This document shows positions 1-22,273 of a DNA stretch of 64,000 bases, piece by piece. This stretch comes from Scenedesmus sp. PABB004 (lineage: Eukaryota). The DNA lies in NCBI GenBank assembly GCA_014905635.1, contig CM026547.1, forward strand, positions 3,658,001 through 3,722,000. The letters are read 5' to 3'. Below the pieces are notes generated by a model that saw only the letters and a program-made list of their open reading frames with translations, had not been told where the DNA came from and made no database searches. Each line of letters begins with the position of its first letter. The stretch's first letter is position 1. Made by a program: the position numbers and the translations under genes.

Positions 1-95
1 GCGCCGCCGCGCGCATCAGCGACGACCGCGCTGCGCCACGCGCCGGCGACGCGCTCCGACAGGCAGGATCTCTCGCGCCCCGCGCCGGCCGCGCC

Positions 96-1373
96 ATGGC
101 GTTCGCGCCCAGCCTGCGTAACGCGGCGCCCGCCGCGCGCGCGGGCGCGCGCGGCGCGTGCAGCGGCAGCAGGCGGGCCAGCTGCCGCGTGGCCCGCCCC
201 CGCGCAATTGCAAAGGTGCGGCGCCCAATGGGCCGCCGCCACGCGCTCAGCGCACCGCTCGCACGGCGCCGCGGCCGGCGTCGCGCCCGGCGGCGGCGTC
301 TGCGCGGCGCGGCGCCGGCTCCCGCTGCTGCCGCCGCTGCTCCGCCGCGCGGCGCGCCGGCGCGGCCGCCGCATCCGCCCACCGCGCGCCCACCGCGCCG
401 CGTTGCGCCGTGCAGGAGGAGGCGCCGCCCGCGGCGGCGCCCGCGGCCGCGCCGGACGCGCCGTCGACGTCGAGCGACGCGGGCTACCGCCGGCGCCTCA
501 CGACCGAGGAGTGGCGCGCGCTGTACGAGAGCGACGGCTACGTCGACCTCTTCCTGCAGGACGACTTCAACTCGGGCGCAAAGATCGTGGTGCGCCGCCG
601 CCGCCGCCGCCACGCAGCGCCCGCGCCCGCGCCCGCGCCCCGGCCTGCCGCCGCGCCCCGGCCGCGCCGCCTCTCGCCTCACCGCCGCCGGCTGCTCCCC
701 CTGCCCCCTCCTCCCGCTGTCCCCGCGCCACCAGGACGGTCAGGTGGTGTACCCCGAGTACGGCGTGGGCACGGGCGAGGGCCGCTCGCTCGGCGCGGCG
801 CCGCGGCACAAGGTGCGCATCATCAACCACTACGCCGACCAGGAGATCGAGGTCGAGGTGCCCGAGGACAGGTGCGGCGACGCGCAGCGCGCGGCGCGCG
901 GCGCGCGGCGCGCGGCGCGGGCGCGCGCGGGGCGGCCGCGGGCGCGCGGGGCGGCCGCGGGCGCGCGCGGGGCGCGCGGGGCGCGCAGTGCCCGCCTGGC
1001 GCGCGGGCGCCGACCGCGCCCCGCCGCCGCCGCTGCCCCTCTCAGGTACATCCTGTGGGAGGCGGAGGACCAGGGCCTGGAGCTGCCGTGGAGCTGCCGC
1101 ATGGGCTGCTGCACCGCGTGCGCGGTGCGCGTGCGCGAGGGCGCTGTGTCGCAGCCGCAGGCGCTCGGCGTGAGCGAGGAGCTGCGGCGCCAGGGCTACG
1201 CGCTCATGTGCGTGAGCTTCCCCGAGAGCGACTGCCTGCTGGAGACGGTCCCCGAGGATGAGGTGTACGACCTGCAGTTTGGCCGCTACTTTGCGGCGCA
1301 GGCGCTCAACCCCGACGCGCCGAGCGTCGAGCGCGACGACTTTGCGCTCGAGATTGCGCAGATGGACGAGTGA
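96..1373 (+). CDS. FDX6: Plastid 2Fe-2S ferredoxin with C-terminal extension (FdC2/FDX6-like), 4 exons
   Basis: Transit-peptide-like exon 1 (donor at 216, acceptor ending 415). Spliced VEVPEDR|YILWEAEDQGLELPWSCRMGCCTACA 2Fe-2S motif, ALMCVSFP, and tail FGRYFA...ERDDFALEIAQMDE typical of FdC2. TGA at 1371-1373. Confidence 0.88.
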   Translation: MAFAPSLRNAAPAARAGARGACSGSRRASCRVARPRAIAKVRRPMGRRHALSAPLARRRGRRRARRRRLRGAAPAPAAAAAAPPRGAPARPPHPPTARPPRRVAPCRRRRRPRRRPRPRRTRRRRRATRATAGASRPRSGARCTRATATSTSSCRTTSTRAQRSWCAAAAAATQRPRPRPRPGLPPRPGRAASRLTAAGCSPCPLLPLSPRHQDGQVVYPEYGVGTGEGRSLGAAPRHKVRIINHYADQEIEVEVPEDRCGDAQRAARGARRAARARAGRPRARGAAAGARGARGARSARLARGRRPRPAAAAAPLRYILWEAEDQGLELPWSCRMGCCTACAVRVREGAVSQPQALGVSEELRRQGYALMCVSFPESDCLLETVPEDEVYDLQFGRYFAAQALNPDAPSVERDDFALEIAQMDE

Positions 1374-1774
1374 CGGCGGCCCCGCGGCGGCGGCGGGAGC
1401 AGGGGGAGCGGCGGCGGGGAGCGGCCGGCGGGCTGTGGGGCAGGGAGCGGCGGGGGCGCGTGTGCGCGGGCGGGCTGGCGCGCGTGCCGGGGAGGGGGAG
1501 GGGCGCCTCTTCAGCAGGCGCAACGACGGGGGACGCAGGATGGCGAGCTTGCGCCACGGCGCCGGCGGCGGGGGTGGGCGAGCAGCGGCGGGCTGCGGCT
1601 TTGCGGTGACGCGGCGCGTGCGGCGGTGACGGCTCTTTTCCCTGCGTCCTCGCGCGCTTTCCCTCGCTTTCCCTCGCTTTTCCGCGGAGCGGCGCGCCAT
1701 TCCGCTTCACGCGCGCATCGAATTCGCGCCAAACGCCGAGTCGCGCGCAAACCGGCCTGCGCTCCGCGCGCGCC

Positions 1775-2158
1775 ATGGGCGGCCACGCGCCGGAGCCCGA
1801 CTGCGTGGCGCAGGCCAGCGAGGCTGTCACAAGCGTGCGAGAGCTCAACTCCGCCGCGTGCGGGCTGGAGCACTCGCTGCACGCCGTGCTGGTCGGCGCT
1901 CACAGGCTGGAGGTGCCCCTGGCGGCCCGGCAGCTCTTCCACCAGCAGCAGCACTTCAACGAGCTCGCCGCGGCGGTCAGGCAGCACGCCGACGGCGCGC
2001 GGCGCTGCGCTGCGGCAACCGCGGCCACCCTGCGCGACGACGCCGCCGCAACGCGCAAGGTCCTGCGTTGCATGGAGCTGGAGCGTGGAGCGGAGCTGCT
2101 GCAGCCTCACCTGGCGCGCAGCAGCTACGCGCGCCTGCACCCGCGCTACGCGGCGTGA
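1775..2158 (+). CDS. Hypothetical single-exon protein (127 aa, helical/coiled-coil-like)
   Basis: GCCATGG start context and protein-like composition unlike neighbouring shadow ORFs. No recognised motif. Confidence 0.45.
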   Translation: MGGHAPEPDCVAQASEAVTSVRELNSAACGLEHSLHAVLVGAHRLEVPLAARQLFHQQQHFNELAAAVRQHADGARRCAAATAATLRDDAAATRKVLRCMELERGAELLQPHLARSSYARLHPRYAA

Positions 2159-2262
2159 GCAACGGCGCGCGCGACGGCAGGTTGGCAGAGCGTTGCTGCC
2201 GATTGGCGAGCGCTGCCGGCGTCGATTTGTCGCGGCACGGTGTGAGGGCGGGGACGACCCGG

Positions 2263-2267
2263 TTACA
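2263..2267 (-). promoter_or_regulatory. Chlorophyte-type poly(A) signal TGTAA for the NAD kinase gene
   Basis: TTACA on + strand, about 490 nt downstream of the NAD kinase stop and on the coding strand. Confidence 0.5.
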
Positions 2268-2758
2268 GGCCCAGCTTCTCACGCGCCCGCTCGGGGCGGC
2301 GCATGCTGCGCCGCCCTCGTCGCGCTAACTGTACAGCCCCTCGTCGGCGGCGGCTCACACCACACAGCATCACCAACACACGTGAGAGTACAAACGAATG
2401 GCGGGCCCGAGCCCCCAAAACACTCGAGCAAACACCGGCCGCCGCGCGGCCGCTGCAGCCGCCGCAGGCGCGGCCGCGGCCCGCCCCTCCAGGCGTGCGC
2501 GCCAGCGCGGGCAGCTGCCGGCGCAGCGTTCGCGCCCGCCGCGCGCCCAGGCAGCACGCGCCAGCCCGCCCCACTCCGTCCGTCCACGACACACCGCCGC
2601 AACACGACTCGCCCGCCCCTGAAAACCCACGCGCCCCGGCGCTGGCGCAGCGCCGAGCACGTGCGACCGCGCCCTCCCGCCCTCGCGTGCGTGTGCGCGC
2701 ACGCCCCTCGATGCAGCGTCAAGTTCAAGAGTGCAGGGATTCTGCCACACACGGGCGC

Positions 2759-2892
2759 TCAGGGCTGGTGGGCGTGGGGCTGCAGCTCAACGTCCATCGC
2801 CGCCACGCCGCCGCTGCTGCCATTTGACGAGGACGCCGCGATCGCCGCCGCGACCGCGCTCACGCCCGTGGCACTGCTCGAGCTGCTGCTGG

Positions 2893-2928
<36 letters not shown>

Positions 2929-5299
2929 CGGCGGCGGCGGCTGCGGCGGCGGCGGCTGCGGCTGCGGCGGCAGCGGCCCCGCCGCTGCTCGTGCTGATGC
3001 CGATGCTGGCGCTGACGCCGCTGCTGGCGCTGACGCCGCTGCCGGCGCTGACGCCGCTGCTGGCGCTGCGCTGCGCCTCCGCCAGCACAAAGTCTTCCTG
3101 GAAGGGCTTCTGCTCCGCGCGGTTGCTCCAGCGGAAGCAGCGCTCCAGGCTCTCAAACCTGCGCGCGCGCGCACGCCGGCCGGGCGCCGTCAGCCCGCGC
3201 CGCCGCGCGTGCCCCGCGCCGCCGCGCCGCCGCGCCGCGCGCCCGCCGCCGCCGCACCAGTCGGTCGTGAGGTCGGCGCGGTTGATCGTGGGCACCGGGT
3301 TCTCGCTCATGCGAATGAACACGCTGTCGCCGCGGTGCAGCTCCTGGCGCGCCTTGCCGTCGAAGCAGACCCACGCGCTCACGCGCGCGCTGTCGGGGAC
3401 GCGCAGCTCGACCTCCACGTAGTCCGGCAGTATGATGGGCCGGAAGTTGAGGCTGTGCGGGCAGATGGGCGTGAGCAGGATGGCCTGCACGTTGGGGTGC
3501 ACCATGCTGCCGCCCGCGGCGACGCTGTAGGCGGTCGACCCCGACGCCGTCGCGAGCATGATGCCGTCGGCCTGCGGCGCGCACGGGGGCGGCACGGCGG
3601 CGGGCGGCTCAGCACGCGGCCGGGCGAGCGCGCGGGCCGCGGCGCGGCGGGCGCGGCGCGGCGGGCGCGGCGGGCGCGGCGCGGGCGCAGCGCGGCGCGG
3701 GCGCGGCGGGCGCGGCGCGCCTGCACGCGCGTGATGAAGCGGCCGCCGATGTAGGCCTCTATGTTTGTGAGGAACGAGTTGCTGCCCCGGTCAACGACAA
3801 TCTCATTCAGCACCTCATACGCCTTGAGGGGGGGGAGGGTGAGACAGTGAGACGGTGTGAGTGCCACGGGCGGTGCGAGGGCAGAGAGGGCAGCAGGGCG
3901 CGCGCGGCCCCGCGGCCCGGCGGCGCGCGCACCGCACCTGCTCCGGCTGCGTCGTGCCCGCGCGCACGATCGCGCAGCGCAGCCGCATGCGCAGCGTGAT
4001 CATCACGCCGAGGCTGTTGCCCGTCGGCCCCAGGTCCTTGCTGTCCATGCTGCAGCTGCCGAGCTTCTCGCAGCCGTAGATGACCTGGCGCAGCTCCTCC
4101 CTGAACTCAGGGAAGGGGTGGTTGGTGAGGAAGCCCATGGAGCCGAGGTGGAACGACACGACCGGCGGGATGGCGGTGCGGAAGAGCGAGCTCGCGTGCA
4201 GGATGACGCCGTCGCCGCCGAGGCAGACCACAAAGTCGACAAAGTCCGCCAGCCTGCGCGGCGCGGGCGCGGGGGCGTGGGGGTGGGTGCGGGCGCGAGG
4301 CGCGAGGCGCGGGGGGGGGGGGGGGGGGCTGCGCCGCGCCGCGCCGCGCCGCGCCGCCGCACCGCTCGCCCTCCTCGCCGGACCAGGTGAAGACGCGCTT
4401 CATGGGCAGGCCGTCGGCGCTGAGCTCCGCGTGCATGGCCGGCTCGACGACGACGTGCATGTTCTCCACCTCCGCCAGGTACCGCACCACCTGCGCGCGG
4501 CGCGGCGCGGCGCGGGGTCGGGCCCCGGCCGCGGCTGCGCGCGCGGGCGCCGCCGCCCGCCGCTGCGCGCGCTGGCGCCCGCCGCCGCGCCCGCGGCCAG
4601 CGCGCGTGCCGCGCTCGTGCCTCGATGAACTGGGGCTTGAGCTCGGCGCCGAGCTTCTTGATGACCATCACCACGCGCGGGCGGTCGCGCCAGACGAGCA
4701 TCTGCTGCTGCGTGCTCGGGTGCGCAAAGTGGAAGCGCCCCGTGCCCGTGACGAGCTCCCGCGAGCAGGACATGCCGTCCGTGCGAAAGAGGAAGAGGCT
4801 GCTCTTCTGCGGCCAGCTCGGCCCGCTGCGGGCGCGCAGCAGCGGCAGCGGCAGCGGCGCCGCCGGGTCGGCCGGGGGCCAGGGGGCCGCGCGGGCCCGG
4901 CGCGGCGAGATCAGCTGCACGCGGGCCGCGACCAGCGCGCTGGCGGTGCAATGCACCGCCACAGCGCGCGGCCGCGGCCGATGAAAGCGCTCTCGAGCAG
5001 TGGCCCTGCTCGCCCGGCGAGATCGGCCCCCCTCTCCCCCAGCTGCGCCCCCAGGCGTGCATGCGCGGCCAATGTGCTCACGTCGCGCGCCGCACGCACC
5101 TGAGGCCGGCCCGGCGCCCCTCCGCGAGCGCGCCGTGCTCCGGCACGCCCTGCGCGGGCGCCTCAGCGCGCACGCTCACGCTACCGGCTCGGCAGCGTCT
5201 CGAGCAGCGCGCCCGGGTCCGCGCTGCCGCCGGCGCCTCGCGCGGGGCGGCGCACGGCCCGCCGCGCGGACACTGCTGCCGCTGCGCGTGCATAAACAT
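2759..5299 (-). CDS. NAD kinase (NADK2-like, probably plastid-targeted), multi-exon
   Basis: Motifs CLGGDGVILH, FHLGSMGFLT, VLNEIVVDRG, QADGIMLATASGSTAYSVAAGGS, TPICPHSLNFRP, FAHPSTQQQML. The start ATG at 5299 is inferred. Confidence 0.92.
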
Positions 5300-5561
5300 G
5301 GCGCCGCGCTGCTGGACCGCCCTCACGCGCGCATGGGCGCGCCACGGAGCTGGCGGGCCGGCCTGGCGTCGCGTGCTGGCGCAGGCGCCCCTGCGCGAGG
5401 CTGCTGCTGGTCGGCGGCGGCGGCGACTGCGGGCGTGCTCAAGGGACCGAGGGAGGGTGTGCCAGGCGGCTGAGGGGTGTGCACGCGTCCTCACCTGCGC
5501 ATGCACCCGACGCTGCGAGCGGCGGGGCGCTGCGCTGAACCCGAAGTGAGGGGTTCAGGGC

Positions 5562-5592
5562 TCAGCGGGCCCACGCCTCGGCGACCGCCCAC

Positions 5593-5632
<40 letters not shown>

Positions 5633-8600
5633 CGCCGCCGGCGACCGCGACCGCGATGCCCACGACGGGCACCCACGCCACTGCCACGCGCGGCGGCAGC
5701 GCGGCCTCGAACGCCGCCCGCCACACGGCGCCCCCGTCCGCGGCGGTCTGCCAGCAGCGCACGCTGGCCAGGCCGCCGGGCGCCGCCGCTGCCGCCGCCA
5801 GCTGCCGCGCCGCAGCCGCCGCGTGGTCGGGCGCGGCATCGGCCCCTGGCGGCGGCGCCGTCAGCTCCAGCAGCACGCGCCGCCAGCCGCCGCCGGCGGC
5901 GTCGCCGCCCGCCGTGTGGTGCACGCGCCCCGGGCCAACGGCGCCAGTGGCGTCGGCGCCTGCCGCGCAGCTGCCTGGCTCCGCGCCGTCCTCGTCGTCG
6001 CTGCCGCGGCCACTGCTGCCGCTGCTGCTGCTGCTGCCGCCGGGCGGCGCCGCCGCCGCGTGGTCCAGCAGCACCGGCTGCACTTCCAGCAGCGCCCTGC
6101 GGGGCGCGGGGCGGGCGGCGGTCACCTGGAGGGGCGCGCCGGCGCTGCGCCCCGCGTGGCGCGTGTGCGGCAGCCGCTCACCCGCGCGGCAGCGCTGGCA
6201 CGGTGACGTACGCGACCGCCGGCGGACGCAGCGGCGGCTGCACGACCGGCGGGCGCAGGTAGTCATCAATGTGGCCGCTGCCGGGCTCGCTGGCAGGGCC
6301 GCTGCCGGCGTCGCTGCCGGCGTCGCTGCCGGCGTCGCTGCCGGGCTCGCCGCCGCCGCCGCCCGCCGCGCCCGGCGCCGGCTCCCGCGCGCCGCCGGCG
6401 GCCGCGTCGGCGGCCGCCAGCACCGCCGGCGGCACCGCGCCGGCGTCGGCGAGCAGGCTGCGGTCGGCCCAGCAGGCCTCCAACGCGGCCTGCACGATGC
6501 GCGCTCCGCCCGCCGCTGCCGCGGGCGCGGTGAGGTAGACCGTCCAGCCCAGCGCGCCGCTCGCCGCGCAGCCCCGCACCGCGACGGCGACCGCCTGCGT
6601 GCTCGCCAGCGCGCGCCACGCCTGCGCCGCGAGCGCCCGCGCCAGCCCCGCCTCGCCCGGCGGCGGCGCGACGAGGGCCATGCTCGCGGGGTCCAGCGGG
6701 ATCTGGCCCGCCATGTGCACCAGCCCGCAGCACGCGGTTGCCTGCGAGCGCGCGCGCGCGCGCGCGCGGGCAGCATGAGCCCAGCGGCGGCGCGGCGCGC
6801 CGAGGACCCCGGCGCGCGGCGGCAGGCTGCCGTGTCGTGTGGCGTTCCGTCTCCGAGGTGCGCCGCACCCACCTGAGAGTAGGGTCCGATGCAGCTCGGC
6901 GCCCAGCTGGAGATGCTCTGCACGTGCAGCACGCGCCGCTCCGGGCCGGCCCCGCCGCCGCCGCCGCCACCGGCCGCGGCGTCTCCGGGCTGCCCCGCCG
7001 GGCGCGCGAACAGGACGTCAAGCTGCACGGGGCAGCCCGGCGGCAGCGGGACCTGCACGCACGCGCGCGAGGGCGGGTTGAGGGCGGGCAGGTGCCGGCA
7101 GTACTCGGCGTTGGCGGCACCAAAGTGGGCCATGTCCGCCAGGTAAAGGTGGACAAAGCAGCTGTCGCCCCAGCCCAGACCGAGGCCCGGCAGCGCCGAT
7201 GTCACCGCGGCGAGCGCGGCGCCCAGCGCGGCCGCCGTGTCGGCCGGCGCCGGCGGCGCGCCGGCGCCGTCGGCGTGCAAGGCGCGCGCGACCGCGTGGA
7301 CGTGCTCCGTCGAGTGTGCGAGCTGCAGCGCGGCCGCCCAGCTGCCGCCCGCGCCAGCGGCGCCGGCGTCGGCAGGCGCAGGCGGCGCCGCCTCGGGCGG
7401 CTGCCAGTCCGGCGGCACCACGGTGACCTCCGGGGGCGGCGCGGCGATGGCCTCACCGCCGCCGCCCTCGGCCGCCGCCGCCTGAGGCTTTGGTGCGACG
7501 CGAAACGCCACCGGGTGCAGCACGCCCACGGGCGCGATGCTGTCCGGCGAGTGCAGCACCACCTGCGCGCCGGGCGGCGGCCGGCAGCCGTCGGCAGCCA
7601 CTGACCGCGGGGCGCCGGCCGACGCCGCGCCGTCGACCGCCCTGCCACGCCGCGCCGCGCCGCGCCGCGCCGCGCCGCGCCGCGCCGCGCCGTGCCGCGC
7701 CGGCCCGGCGCGCACCTCCCAGTCGTCAAGCACGATGCGGCCGCGCACAAACGCGGGGCAGTCCAGGGTGAGCGTCTCGTACTCGCCGCCCTCGCCGCAC
7801 ACGTTGCAGCCGAAGCGGTCGCGCAGCGCGCGCAGGTGCGGCTGCAGCGCGCGCAGCGGCTGCCCCAGGTGGCGGTGCGGGTCGAGCCCGATCGCCGCGA
7901 CCTACGCCGCCGCCGGCGCCGGCGGCGGGTCGGCGCGGCGCGCACGCGGCCGGGCCTCGTCCGACCGAGCGCCCAGGCGCGCGCGCGGCGGCGCACCTTG
8001 ACCAGCACCGCCTCGATGCCACACGCGATCATGGCACTGCGCGCGTCACGGTGGGCCGCGGGGCTCAGCCCGGCGGCGGTTCGGGCGCGGGCGGCGCGCG
8101 GGGGCCGCCGCCGCACCTCAGCAGCGCGTCCTGGGGCTGGTGCCACAGGTAGCTCAGCGACACCAGGCCCAGCCGCGAGCACACCTGGCGCGGCGGCGGG
8201 CGGGCGGCGCGCGTGGGCGGGCGCGGCGGCGGGGTGCCGCGCGGGCGCGGGCGCCGTGCGGGACGGGCGTCGCGGGGGCGGCGGGGCGTTCTCACGCTCT
8301 CCACGCGCAGGCGCTGGTAGTCAGACGCGATCGCGCCCGACGCGACGCCGCCGAGGCCGGGGTGCGCGCGCTGGACGTACGCGAGCAGCGCCGCGAGGTC
8401 CTCCACCTCGTCGCCGGGCGTCGCACTGTAGGCCAGGCCCTGACCGCGCGTGCGCGCGGCGGCGCGCGCCCGGGCGCGCGCGGGCCTGGGGCGCGCGGGC
8501 GCGGCGCGGCGGGCGCAGCGCGGCGCGGCGCGGCGCGGCGCGCGGCTGGCGGGGCGCTGCCCGCGTCCCACCTGGCTGGCGCTGCTGCCCTGGATGGCCC

Positions 8601-8982
8601 GCCGGTAGAGGGGCAGGCCGGTGCATGCGGCGTACGCGGCGACGAGCTGGTGCCCCACGGTCTGGAACATGTAGCTGTCGAGCTCGTCGGTGGACGCGTC
8701 TGGCGGGACCAGGTTGGCCAGCGCGACGACCTGCCGCCGGCAGCCGCGTCGGCCGCGCGCTCGGCGGGCCCGCTGCAGCGCCGCGGGGCGGCGGTCGGAG
8801 CGCCGCGCACCTCGTGGCCGTGCAGCCCGGCCAGGTGCATGCTGTAGCAGGAGTCCTTGCCGCCGCTGCGGGGCGCAAGCGTGAGCAGCTGCGCGCGGCG
8901 CCGGCGGCGCGGGCGGCGGCGGCGGCGCGCGGCGGCGGTGGCGCCGGCGGCGTGCGCACCTGACCAGCGCGACCACCTTCAT
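5562..8982 (-). CDS. DPH6: Diphthine-ammonia ligase with two C-terminal RidA/YjgF-like domains
   Basis: MKVVALV|SGGKDSCY PP-loop, YMFQTVG, GDEVEDL, GAIASDYQRLRVE, CGEGGEYETLTLDCP. RidA-like segments LHVQSISSWAPSCIGPYSQ and MAGQIPLDPASM. Confidence 0.93.
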
Positions 8983-9404
8983 GGCGGCACCACCACCAGC
9001 GTGGTGAGGGGGAGCGGCACGCCAGCTGGACCCGCCGGCGGCAGCGGCGCCACGCGCCGGCAGCGGCGGCGGCGCGCGCGTGCCGGCCACGGCTCGCAGC
9101 CCGGCGGGTGACAGAAAATGGGTAGCGCGAGCGATCGAGCTGGCGGCTGAGTCTTTTTCGACGCGGCAGGCGGCGAGCCGCAGAGCAGAACCGCGAGCTG
9201 CTGCTGCACTGCGCGAATAGCATCGCCCGCCGGCCCCCCACTGCCAGGACCCCGCGCCTTCGCACGACACACCAGCCCGCGTGGCGCGCCAGCCAGCACG
9301 ACCGGCGGAGCGGCGGCGGCAGCGGCAGCAGCGGCAGCGGGCCTCGTCGCGCGTGTGGCGCGCCCAGGGATGCTGCGGCCCTAGCGCCGCGCCGGGGCGC
9401 TGAG

Positions 9405-19070
<9,666 letters not shown>

Positions 19071-19700
19071 CGCGGAGGACCCCAGGCAGCTGGGGCTGGG
19101 CGGGCTGGCGGGCGGGTTGAGGGGGCAGCCAGGCCAAGGAGTCAAGCAGGCATCAGCCGCCGCCCAGCGGCGGTGTCGTGTGTACTTGAGCCATCTAGCA
19201 GGTGTGTGTCTACCGTCAGCAGCAGCAGCAGGTGGCGACAGCGGCAGCTGTACAGACGCTAGCGTCTGTAGACAGCGCACCGAGGCTCGCAGGGGGGTTC
19301 CGAGGCGCGGCGCGCGCGCGGGTGGCTTGAGCGCCCGCGGCGCGGGCTGCCGGCCTCTGGGTAGCCTGCGTTGTTGGCGGCGTGCGTGTACGTGTCACTC
19401 TTCGCGCGCCGTCGGCCGCCCGCTCAGCCGCTCGTGACTCCTCGGCCGCCGCCGTCGCCGCTCGTCCACGCGCAGCCAGCGGAGCCGCCACTCCAGCGCC
19501 TCCGCCGAACTCGCCACGCACGACCACACAGCGCACCCCTGCGCTCGCACTCCCGAGCAGCAGCAGCGCGTCGCCTGATCGCACGCCAGCAGCAGCGGCG
19601 GCTCTGCCCGAGCTCGCACCGCGAAAGCGCGCCTCTGCGCTCACCGACGAGCAGCAGCGCGTCCCTGATCGCGTCTGACGCAGCAGCAGCGGCAGCAGCC

Positions 19701-21900
19701 ATGGCGACGAGCGCGCACGGCATCGGCACGCGCGCCGTTCATGGCGGCGAACTGCCTCGCGTCGACGGCAGCGCGGTCGCGCCGATTTTCCAGTCAGTGA
19801 CCTTTGAGATGCCGGGTGCGCCCCGCTGCTGAGCACGGCGCCGCAGACGGCGGGCTGGGGGGCGGCGGGCGGTGCGGCGCGTCACCCACCGCGGCGCGCG
19901 CCCGCCCCGCGCGCGCAGCCGGCGTGGAGCAGGACTACGATAGCGTGCGGTACACGCGTTGCAACAACAATCCCTCCCAGGAGCGCGTCGCGGCCAAGAT
20001 GGCCGCGCTCGAGGGAACGCCCGACGCGCTGGTGCTGGCGAGCGGCATGGCGGCGATCTCGACCACGCTGCTCACGCTGCTGCGCGCCGGGGACCACATG
20101 CTTATCCAGGCGCGCCGCGCCGCTGCGCCGCGTCACGGGGGCCGCGCCGCGCCGTGCCGCAGGAAGGGGGCCGCGGACGGCGCGCGAGCGCGGGCCGGCC
20201 GCCGACCGGCGCCCCCTCGTGCGCGCGTGCGCCCGGCTCGCAGGAGGCTGCTTATGGCGGGACGTACGACTTTGTTCATTCTGAGCTGCCCCCGCTCGGA
20301 ATCTCCGCGTCGATGATCGACATCGCCCAGCCGCCCGCCACCTGGGCGGCGGCGCTGCGCCCGACGACCAAGGCGCGCGCCGCGCGCGCCGCGCCGCGCC
20401 TGCCCCCGCCGCGCCGCGCGCCGTCGGCGTCTCACGCGCCGCCGCCCCCGCTCGCACCCCGCCCGCGGCGCAGCTGATCTACGTCGAGGCCATCAGCAAC
20501 CCGCTGATGCAGGTGCGCCGCTGCGTGGACGGCGACCGACCGCGGCGGCGCGGCGCAGCCGCCGGCGCGGGCCGGCTGCAGCCTCCGCCCCGGCGCCGCC
20601 GCGCGCGCGCAGGTGCCCGACCTGCCCGGCGTCGTCGCGTTTGCGCGGGAGCACGGCCTGGCGTCGGTCATTGACGCGACCTTTGCGACGCCGGTCAACC
20701 TCCGCCCCGCGCCCGAGCTGGGCTTTGACGTCGTGCTGCACAGCGCGACAAAGTTCCTCAACGGACACTCGGACGTCATCGCGGGCGCGCGCCGCACGCA
20801 GGGGCACCGCCAGGGCGGGCGGGCGGCCTGGTGGGCAGGCGGGCTGACGCGGCGCGCTGCGCCGCCCGCTGCCGCGCCGCCGCGCGCAGGCGTGGTCGCC
20901 GGCAGCAAGGCGCTGGTCGCCAAGGTGCGCGGCGCGCCGGCGCGCCGCGGCGGGCGCGGCAGCCCTGGCCGCGGCGTGCGGCGGCTGACGCGCCACCGCC
21001 CCCCCCCCCCCCACACACACACACACACGCACACACGCACACCGCGCGCGGCGCGGCGCTCAGGTCCGCAGCAAGGCCAACCACTTTGGCGGCAGCATCG
21101 ACCCGCACGCCGCGTTCCTGCTCAACCGCGGCGCCAAGACGCTCGCGCTGCGCGTGGAGCGGCAGAACGCCAACGCACTGGCCCTCGCCACGGCGCTCGA
21201 GGCGCACCCGCAGGCGCGACGCGCGCGCGCGCGCCCGCGCCCTGCGCCGCGCTGCACCCGTGCCGGTCAACGCGCGCGTGTTTCGACCGCAACGGCGCCG
21301 CCTCAAACCCTGCCTCCACACCACCACACCCAAAAGGTTGAGGTCGTGCACTACCCCGGCCTTCCCAGCCACCCGCGCGCCGCGCTCGTGGCGGAGCTCT
21401 TCCGCGGCGCGGGCGGCATGCTGGCGTTTGAGGTCAAGGGAGGCGTGGCCGTGGCGGACGCGGTGCTCGCGGTGCGCGGCGCACGCGGGCGTCCAGCCGT
21501 GGCCGGCGCGGCCGAGGCCCGCCCCCACGCCCCCGCCCCGCCCCCGCGCCGCGCCGCGTGCGCGCGCAGCGCCTGCGCCTGCCGCTCGTGGCGCCGAGCC
21601 TGGGGGGCGTCGAGTCGCTCGTCACGCGCCCCGCGACGTCGTCGCACGTCGGGCTCAGCCGGGAGCAGCGCTACGCGATCGGCATCACCGACGGCCTCGT
21701 GCGCGTCGCGGTGGGGATCGAGGACACGCAAGATCTGGTGAGGCCCGCGCCAGCCGCCGGGCGCCGGGCGCGTGCCCCGCCCCGCCCTGACGCGCCCCGC
21801 CCCCGCCGGCTGGCCGCAGGTGGACGACTTCATGGCTGCGCTGGACGCGGCGGCCGCCGACGCGGGCGCGAGCGCGCCTGCGCAGGCCGCGGTGGTCTAG
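19701..21900 (+). CDS. Cys/Met metabolism PLP enzyme (cystathionine gamma-lyase/synthase or methionine gamma-lyase family), 10 exons
   Basis: PIFQSVTF, YTRCNNNP, ASGMAAI, IDATFATP, HSATKFLNGHSDVIAG (PLP lysine), HYPGL, SLGGVESL, LVRVAVGIEDTQDL. TAG at 21898-21900. Confidence 0.92.
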
Positions 21901-22273
21901 GACACGCGCGCCGGACGCGCGCGGCGGCTCGCCGAGGTTACTCGCCGGCCGCGCCCGCGCCCGCCCCCCCCCGTCGCCGGCTTGCTCGCGTGGCCCCGCC
22001 TCCGCAACCGCTCCCGCAGGGCTCGCCCAGAGTCGCAGCAGTCGCAGGACAGATCCGGAACCCAGTCCGCCCTAGCGCGGTTCCACGCACACGCACACCA
22101 CACAGCAACGGTGCTCACGTCAGGTCACGCCGCCCCCGCAGCGGTCGCCCAGCCCAGCCCCAGACCGGTCCGCCGGTGCCGCCCCCCACCAGGTGCCGCC
22201 CCCCGCCAGGTGCCGCCGACTCCTCCGGCTCGCTCGCTTGCGCAGCAGGCCGGCTCGCTCGCCTGCGGCCGCC

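Noticed and set aside
5562..7500. DPH6-RidA fusion as a novelty
   Set aside because: This architecture is already known in fungal and plant DPH6.
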